This document shows, in pieces, positions 60,801 to 64,000 of a stretch of 64,000 nt of DNA. Each line of letters starts with the position of its first letter. The first letter of the stretch is position 1. The position numbers and the translations under genes are program-made. Under the pieces are notes generated by a model. It saw only the letters and a program-made list of their open reading frames with translations, did not search any database and was not told where the DNA came from. This DNA is from Eledone cirrhosa (taxonomy: Eukaryota), in contig OZ024740.1 of the NCBI GenBank assembly GCA_964016885.1, forward strand, positions 107,446,001 to 107,510,000, written 5' to 3'.

Positions 60801-61744
60801 TCTAAAAACAGCCCATCATAATTTTATGTAAGAATTTTTGTTAGATTATGCTCCAGGCACCATATATATAATTGAGAAAGTTAATTGCTATTAAATCTTT
60901 AATTATTTTCAAATTTATTTTTAAATGATAGGCAGTGTTTTGCATTAGGGTAATGGCAGAGTTGATATTGATCAAATTGTTATGAACCTTTTTTTTTTTT
61001 TGATTCACTAAATACAAAACATTTTTTCTTTTATCTTCTAAAATAGCTCATCTTGTTCATCTTCCCAAGAAAGTCCTGTACAACTGAATCCCCCTTTATC
61101 TGGGTTAGCAAGAGTCCATCCTGATAACTACAGCTCAGCCACAGAGGATAATGGCTGCAAACAACCATCTATTTCATCTGATGATTCTATAGTAACCAGT
61201 ATTTATGAAAACCTGCAGTCTCCTGTTTCCAATGTTGTACAGCAGCTTTCTAAAATGATGCAACTTTCAGATTTGTATTCCAATTGTCATCAGTCTCCCA
61301 TTGATCTGAGTTCATTGCAGTTTGATAACCTCCAAGCCATATCTGACCAAGCTACAAACCAAATTAACATGGCACAGATGTCATTTCACCCAATGAGTGA
61401 AGTTGGGGACAACACTTCTGGAGGTTCAAATTTGCTTAATAACACAGCCCATGAAGAATTTTTTGATGGTTCAATCACAGACTGTGGGTTGAACTCAACT
61501 CCACCTCTTACTCCAATGCCAGCAGACTTTACTCAAACAAGTTCCTTCTCACACTCAGACAGTAGTGGAAATTCTTGTTCTTTTTCAAACGCTCCTAATC
61601 TTGAAGATGGACTTTGCCATGACAGCAATCATCTTGATAATGAAGATAATAGTTTATTACAAAACAGAGACTCTACTCAAATTCAACCTCAAGATACATT
61701 ATCTTCAACATCTCCTTTGCCACATCTTGACACAGCTTGTGTAG
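349..61744 (+). CDS. STK31: STK31/TDRD8-like Tudor + coiled-coil + pseudokinase gene (5'-partial, 22 exons in window)
   Basis: Manually joined GT-AG exons with compatible phases give Tudor (FAAKFSEDQLWYRC...VSFVDYGNEE), long helical/coiled-coil region, RHFPELLLQNTDLGITSYL, then kinase-like subdomains (IIHGEINPSTLL, PDFS, FLAPE, DVYQLG, CLREDPRMR). This domain order matches STK31; orthology not tested. Confidence 0.82.
1344..1493 (+). CDS. STK31: STK31-like exon (Tudor: VRVSFVDYGNEEE...YMDEK)
   Basis: tttag|GTT ... AAA|gtaagt; 150 nt; FVDYGN Tudor motif. Confidence 0.92.
2210..2556 (+). CDS. STK31: STK31-like exon (SN-like half of extended Tudor + Ser/Pro-rich linker)
   Basis: tttttag|GGA; open frame (ORF 2213-2560); strong donor CA|gtaagt at 2557 (phase 2). 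Confidence 0.8.
2820..3230 (-). mobile_element. Degenerate CR1/L2-like RT fragment
   Basis: LTDTQHGFHLGRSCL...VIYLDFAR. Confidence 0.75.
3291..3687 (+). CDS. STK31: STK31-like exon (repeat-containing 5' part, then coiled coil LVQLQSELASTKQELAQIRQEK); acceptor ambiguous (3291/3354/3390/3519)
   Basis: Donor AAG|gtatgc at 3688; four phase-2-compatible AG acceptors, three of them inside the tandem repeat. Confidence 0.7.
3326..3540 (+). repeat. Five imperfect 36-45-bp tandem units (ccatgtgytcytctagtgacctgcaagaccctattcct)
   Basis: Visible repeat; translates as (TMCSSSDLQDPIP)n in the exon frame. Confidence 0.9.
7130..7460 (+). mobile_element. tRNA-headed SINE with V-domain-like core and RTE-derived 3' tail
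   Basis: A-box tggcttagtgg, B-box gagttcaattc, core tccttgagcaagacactt, tail identical to the RTE 3'UTR (ggaagggcatccagctgtagaaa). Confidence 0.75.
7601..7654 (+). CDS. STK31: STK31-like exon (NLQAEYNNKLSENSYHEL)
   Basis: polypyrimidine + acag|AAT ... CTT|gtgagt; 54 nt phase 0-0. Confidence 0.8.
8346..8732 (+). mobile_element. Two tandem tRNA-derived SINEs (Meta-domain-like core). Further copies near 700-884, 4883-5050, 5265-5450, 5575-5760, 9655-10165, 20186-20375, 35085-35272, 39185-39372, 47965-48152, 55468-55655
   Basis: B-box gagttcaaatcc, core gcctttcatccttacggggtcgataaaataaagtacc, tail gtagaaacaattatt. Confidence 0.88.
9093..9544. mobile_element. mariner-like MITE with internal direct duplication
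   Basis: TA-flanked ~28-bp TIR (t/c)gagggtc(g/a)gctg(a/g)aaagttc; collapsed ~55-bp relative at 59370-59427. Confidence 0.75.
10404..10447 (+). CDS. STK31: STK31-like exon (TKTIITLTEKVRKLR)
   Basis: ttccag|ACC ... AG|gtaagt; phase 0-2, matches the next exon. Confidence 0.78.
11576..13600 (-). mobile_element. RTE-clade LINE, 5'-truncated (RT + Cys-rich region + 3'UTR, (cat)n tail)
   Basis: ORF 12394-13521: QFGF.PGRGTTDA, FVDLEKAFDRV, GVHQGSVLSP, YADD; RWYGHV downstream. Confidence 0.93.
13762..14697 (+). mobile_element. RTE LINE 3' fragment, same family, inverted relative to 11576-13600
   Basis: ORF 13948-14397 (KGRLYDAC...RWYGHV...GRPKMTW), 3'UTR and (gat)n tail. Confidence 0.92.
14782..14959 (+). 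CDS. STK31: STK31-like exon (SQFPTNGE...ILNSDKNQ)
   Basis: catag|G ... CAG|gtaagt; phase 2-0. Confidence 0.82.
15720..18060. mobile_element. Cluster of older RTE fragments (+ 15720-16690, + 16720-17320, - 17350-18060)
   Basis: Degenerate LYDAC/ETW/RWYGHV motifs and RTE 3' tails. Confidence 0.8.
20590..21215 (+). mobile_element. RTE (BovB-like) RT fragment ending in a C2H2-like motif
   Basis: GFRAGRSTMDMIFSARQL, VKQGD..PILFSIYF, YADD; FKCHICERTC...SHLYAH. Confidence 0.75.
21270..22203 (+). mobile_element. Helitron 3' fragment (PIF1-like helicase) with terminal hairpin
   Basis: GDFRQTLP, LNSL..SGMSPH.L.L..GAPIMLLRNL.PPRLCNGTRL, FAMTINKSQG; gccc...gggc hairpin and cagcta end near 22175-22203. 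Confidence 0.85.
22308..22435. repeat. Perfect 60-bp-arm inverted repeat with 8-nt loop
   Basis: 22308-22367 is the reverse complement of 22376-22435; flanked by (ta)n. Confidence 0.95.
22770..24160 (-). mobile_element. Internally deleted copy of the same CR1-like LINE
   Basis: Minus ORFs match 53500-55450 (LRNPHTSQITDDPKECAEL, MSPVNYRPVSLTSC, GHAYKIRKQHSSHDFR); RT core missing. Confidence 0.9.
25215..27040 (-). pseudogene. Frameshifted hAT transposase (BED finger, DDE, dimerization domain)
   Basis: Consecutive minus-strand ORFs: PMCLLC...KLKRHL (BED), LQVDETTDIS, TTDGAAAM, HCMIH, LAYLVDIF, FPSSYLC...MRLAL. Confidence 0.93.
27562..28179. mobile_element. Non-autonomous Merlin MITE inserted inside the Merlin element
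   Basis: Same ggcgatatccaatttta termini; long TIRs; own 8-bp TSD ctgatttc (27554-27561, 28180-28187); no coding capacity. Confidence 0.92.
28540..29491 (-). pseudogene. Merlin/ISXO2-like DDE transposase, frameshifted
   Basis: Zn ribbon CPSC, SVRSGSFF, VVQIDESKY (D), IHTDRWCAY (D), VNHSLNFVDPVSGTHTQHIEGLW (E), SYLN-EFMWR. Confidence 0.92.
29881..29925 (-). ncRNA. Mirror copy of the minimal hammerhead ribozyme
   Basis: Exact reverse complement of 31519-31563. Confidence 0.85.
31519..31563 (+). ncRNA. Minimal type I hammerhead ribozyme in PLE pLTR
   Basis: stem I AGTCA/TGACT; core CTGAAGA(G); stem II GTCACA/TGTGAC; GAAA; very short stem III; CUA cleavage triplet. Confidence 0.85.
36339..36461 (+). 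CDS. STK31: STK31-like exon (ADLSDLIETRD...LEEKLKQMQ)
   Basis: ttccag|GCT ... CAA|gtaggt; 123 nt. Confidence 0.85.
36766..36850 (-). ncRNA. Degenerate hammerhead-like motif (probable PLE relic)
   Basis: Minus strand CTGAAGT-GAACTGTCA...TGATAGTTC-GAAA-TTACGTC; 9-bp stem II, GUC triplet; A9 mutated and stem I eroded. Confidence 0.55.
37258..37362 (+). CDS. STK31: STK31-like exon (DVVNNLGMEYK...AYTDWK)
   Basis: tgcag|GAT ... AAG|gtaagt; 105 nt. Confidence 0.85.
38203..38285 (+). ncRNA. Degenerate hammerhead-like motif (probable PLE relic)
   Basis: CTGATGA-GCTATCGAT...GATCTATCGC-GAAA with partly paired stem II; stems I/III not intact. Confidence 0.45.
39574..39663 (+). CDS. STK31: STK31-like exon (KKKEIEFEKVRSDTDSC...IEA)
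   Basis: tttag|AAA ... GCG|gtgagt; 90 nt. Confidence 0.85.
39823..39958 (+). repeat. ~24-bp degenerate tandem repeat (agaccaggtgtcaatagcacctgt) x5-6
   Basis: Visible periodicity. Confidence 0.8.
40889..40999 (+). CDS. STK31: STK31-like exon (HLKLNSAP...HEVAITDL)
   Basis: ttctag|CAT ... TTG|gtatgt; 111 nt. Confidence 0.85.
41734..41982 (+). CDS. STK31: STK31-like exon (coiled coil ...KKKVRLLKSQLRHRLADLQDVEE)
   Basis: ctctag|GAA ... GAA|gtaagt; 249 nt; includes ORF 41791-42042. Confidence 0.9.
42550..42648 (+). CDS. STK31: STK31-like exon (NEGYNEHHHELKTKLDEVRANLHECMVEEDRHM)
   Basis: accag|AAT ... ATG|gtaggt; 99 nt. Confidence 0.85.
43003..43083 (+). CDS. STK31: STK31-like exon (QQIADLAERHFPELLLQNTDLGITSYL)
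   Basis: ttatag|CAA ... TTG|gtaaat; 81 nt; FPEL motif preceding the kinase domain as in STK31. Confidence 0.88.
43833..44004. mobile_element. Tc1/pogo-like MITE
   Basis: Inverted termini tacactcgaatataagcc / ggcttatattcgagtatatacggta; older relatives near 1935-2095. Confidence 0.6.
44096..44209 (+). CDS. STK31: STK31-like exon (kinase N-lobe start; ...NSEEVVIQ)
   Basis: tacag|AAT ... CAA|gtaaga; 114 nt. Confidence 0.85.
44433..44935 (-). mobile_element. RTE 3' end fragment
   Basis: Near-identical to 11576-12090. Confidence 0.88.
45346..46830 (+). mobile_element. RTE LINE 5' part: duplicated 5'UTR-like segment + APE endonuclease
   Basis: ORF 46122-46775: RVGTINVGSM, CVQETRWRG, GVGIL, ISAYA, GDFNGHIG, RNEEG; preceded by a ~250-bp direct repeat. 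Confidence 0.85.
46888..47092. mobile_element. piggyBac-like TTAA MITE
   Basis: ttaa|ccctttagcattta ... taaatgctaaaggg|ttaa. Confidence 0.75.
47170..47289 (+). CDS. STK31: STK31-like exon (EHLISD...REEFLQNAK...SPHLVPLQAVFFSK)
   Basis: ttcag|GAA ... AAG|gtaagt; 120 nt; alphaC-beta4-like HPHLV region. Confidence 0.88.
48738..48956. mobile_element. piggyBac-like TTAA MITE, same family, opposite orientation
   Basis: ttaa|ccctttagcattta ... taaatgctgaaggg|ttaa; reverse complement of 46888-47092. Confidence 0.75.
49406..49486 (+). CDS. STK31: STK31-like exon (NQRQIFVQLPLIGQPFADYIGESFSEK)
   Basis: tttag|AAT ... AAA|gtatta; 81 nt. Confidence 0.78.
51000..52456 (+). pseudogene. LINE ORF1 (PHD-like Zn finger, polyQ/H tracts, coiled coil, RRM-like part), one frameshift near 51450-51500
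   Basis: ORFs 51000-51500 and 51446-52456 overlap directly upstream of ORF2. Confidence 0.75.
52460..55267 (+). pseudogene. LINE ORF2 (APE endonuclease + reverse transcriptase) with ~2 frameshifts
   Basis: ORFs 52513-52722, 52716-54020, 53966-55267. Confidence 0.92.
56385..56534 (+). CDS. STK31: STK31-like exon (catalytic-loop region GLHKLHSSGIIHGEINPSTLLL...PDFSTPL)
   Basis: aacag|GAA ... TTG|gtaaat; 150 nt; kinase subdomain VIa/VIb/VII-like. Confidence 0.92.
56940..57340 (-). mobile_element. Helitron helicase fragment
   Basis: WLCERAIVAP.N..VNAIN, YPVEFLNSLE...LPH..ELK..VIMLLRN. Confidence 0.85.
57594..57725 (+). CDS. STK31: STK31-like exon (FLAPE...TDVYQLGLMTLL)
   Basis: ttcag|GTT ... 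CTG|gtaatt; 132 nt; APE and subdomain IX motifs. Confidence 0.92.
58036..58092 (+). CDS. STK31: STK31-like exon (WHNPDNKLSSLTDLSETDF)
   Basis: ttcag|TGG ... TTT|gtgagt; 57 nt. Confidence 0.82.
58715..58863 (+). CDS. STK31: STK31-like exon (subdomain XI: FLQYCLREDPRMRVSVNQLLASEYL)
   Basis: ttcag|CCA ... AA|gtaaat; phase 0-2. Confidence 0.9.
60190..60672 (-). mobile_element. RTE 3' coding fragment
   Basis: ORF 60313-60702: GSETWAL...RWYGHV...GRPRKTW. Confidence 0.85.
61047..61744 (+). CDS. STK31: STK31-like large exon encoding Ser/Gln/Asp-rich low-complexity tail
   Basis: aatag|C phase 2; ~232 open codons in frame with ORF 61255-61752; ends at G|gtgagt donor (or in-frame TAA 61750-61752 if unspliced). 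Confidence 0.75.
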
Positions 61745-62479
61745 GTGAGTAAAGAAAACTTCTCCACAAATCCTTTTATTAGTGTCACTGTCATGGGTGA
61801 TGAACATGGAGCATAAGTGTTCTTGTAAACATTGCTGTTATTCTGTATATCATTATCAACATCTTCATAATTGTTTAACGTCTGTTTTCCACACTTGCAT
61901 GGATTAGATGAGTTGTCGACTTGAGGCAAGTCAGGTCCGGAGACCACATCTTGCTCATAAAGACCTGTATTTTGGCTTGGTTTCTATGGCTGGATGCCCT
62001 TTCTAACACCAACTACGTTACAGTATAAACTGGTTGCTTTTCATCATGGCACCCAAACGATCACCTTACAGGGTGAACCTGGCACTTTTTGTCATATCAC
62101 CAACACGACCACCTTACAGTATGGGCTGGGTGCTTTTTGTCATGTCACCAGCACAACCACTTTATAGTGTGGACTGGGTGCTTTTTGTTGTGTCACCAAC
62201 ATGACCACCTTACAGGATGGACTGGGCACTTTTTGTTGTCACCAGCACAACCACTTAACAGTATAGTATTATCATTATAATGTTAGTAAAGATTACTGCT
62301 ACTCTCTACATGTAGCCATCTTTTTAAAAGGTGTATGATGCATGTGTGACAAGTGACATGATATATAGGAGCAAGACATGGGTGATGAACATGGACCAAC
62401 AGAACTGACTGGCAAGAATGGAAGTAATGGTTCAATGGATGAGTAGAGTATTGTTCAGAGAGGATGATAGGAATAAAGT

Positions 62480-64000
62480 CAGTGATGAATGTTGTAGAGA
62501 GAAATGGAATAAGATGGTTGGATCATGTATTGAGGAAAGATGACAGTGGCAGGGTGAGAGGAGTAGAGTCAGTAATGAATGTTGTGAAGATAAATGGAAT
62601 AAGATGGTTGGGCCATGTATTGAGGAAAGATGACAGTGGCTGGGTGAGAGGAGTAGAGCCAGTAATGAATGTTGTGAAGAGAAATGGAATAAGATGGTTG
62701 GGCCATGTATTGAGGAAAGATGACAGTGGCTGGGTGAGAGGAGTAGAGCTAGTAATGAATGTTGTGAAGAGAAATGGAATAAGATGGTTGGGCCATGTAT
62801 TGAGGAAAGATGACAGTGGCTGGGTGAGAGGAGTAGAGCCAGTAATGAATGTTGTGAAGAGAAATGGAATAAGATGGTTGGGCCATGTATTGAGGAAAGA
62901 TGACAGTGGCTGGGTGAGAGGAGTAGAGCCAGTAATGAATGTTGTGAAGAGAAATGGAATAAGATGGTTGGGCCATGTATTGAGGAAAGGTGACAGTGGC
63001 TGGGTGAGAGGAGTAGAGCCAGTAATGAATGTTGTGAAGAGAAATGGAATAAGATGGTTGGGCCATGTATTGAGGAAAGATGACAGTGGCTGGGTGAGAG
63101 GAGTAGAGCCAGTAATGAATGTTGTGAAGAGAAATGGAATAAGATGGTTGGGCCATGTATTGAGGAAAAATGACAGTGGCTGGGTGAGAGGAGTAGAGCC
63201 AGTAATGAATGTTGTGAAGAGAAATGGAATAAGGTGGTTGGGCCATGTATTGAGGAAAGATGACAGTGGCTGGGTGAGAGGAGTAGAGCCAGTAATGAAT
63301 GTTGTGAAGAGAAATGGAATAAGGTGGTTGGGCCATGTATTGAGGAAAGATGACAGTGGCTGGGTGAGAGGAGTAGAGCCAGTAATGAATGTTGTGAAGA
63401 GAAATGGAATAAGGTGGTTGGGCCATGTATTGAGGAAAGATGACAGTGGCTGGGTGAGAGGAGTAGAGCCAGTAATGAATGTTGTGAAGAGAAATGGAAT
63501 AAGATGGTTGGGCCATGTATTGAGGAAAGATGACAGTGGCTGGGTGAGAGGAGTAGAGCCAGTAATGAATGTTGTGAAGAGAAATGGAATAAGATGGTTG
63601 GGCCATGTATTGAGGAAAGATGACAGTGGCTGGGTGAGAGGAGTAGAGCCAGTAATGAATGTTGTGAAGAGAAATGGAATAAGATGGTTGGGCCATGTAT
63701 TGAGGTAAGATGACAGTGGCTGGGTGAGAGGAGTAGAGCCAGTAATGAATGTTGTGAAGAGAAATGGAATAAGATGGTTGGGCCATGTATTGAGGAAAGA
63801 TGACAGTGGCTGGGTGAGAGGAGTAATGAATGTTGTGAAGAGAAATGGAATAAGATGGTTGGGCCATGTATTGAGGAAAGATGACAGTGGCTGGGTGAGA
63901 GGAGTAGAGCCAGTAATGAATGTTGTGAAGAGAAATGGAATAAGATGGTTGGGCCATGTATTGAGGAAAGATGACAGTGGCTGGGTGAGAGGAGTAGAGC
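62480..64000 (+). repeat. 90-bp minisatellite, ~17 near-identical copies, runs off window end
   Basis: Unit atgaatgttgtgaagagaaatggaataagatggttgggccatgtattgaggaaagatgacagtggctgggtgagaggagtagagccagta; encodes RWLGHVLR, an RTE-type C-terminal motif. Confidence 0.97.

Noticed and set aside
62464-63957. 414-aa and 402-aa repetitive ORFs as real proteins, or the array as a CRISPR
   Set aside because: Head-to-tail 90-bp units with no unique spacers; ORFs arise from a stop-free unit derived from an RTE fragment

Overview
AT-rich eukaryotic genomic DNA. The SINE and RTE-LINE repertoire resembles an octopus/cephalopod genome (inferred, not verified). One + strand multi-exon gene spans almost the whole window. 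I read 22 phase-compatible GT-AG exons from 349 to about 61744, encoding Tudor/SN-like, coiled-coil, degenerate kinase and low-complexity tail regions, i.e. an STK31/TDRD8-like protein. The 5' end lies upstream of the window. The introns are packed with transposons. The main structure, in the 21-kb intron, is a nest of four elements with every target-site duplication (TSD) intact. A Buster-type hAT (25062-33275) contains a Merlin element (27097-32005). That Merlin contains its own MITE (27562-28179) and a Penelope-like GIY-YIG retroelement (29747-31747). The Penelope-like element forms a ~0.9-kb-arm inverted repeat with a hammerhead ribozyme in each arm. Also present are a near-full-length CR1-like LINE with a PHD/polyQ ORF1, many RTE fragments, Helitron fragments, tRNA-derived SINEs, several MITEs, further degenerate hammerheads, a 60-bp-arm perfect palindrome, and a 90-bp minisatellite derived from an RTE coding fragment at the window end.
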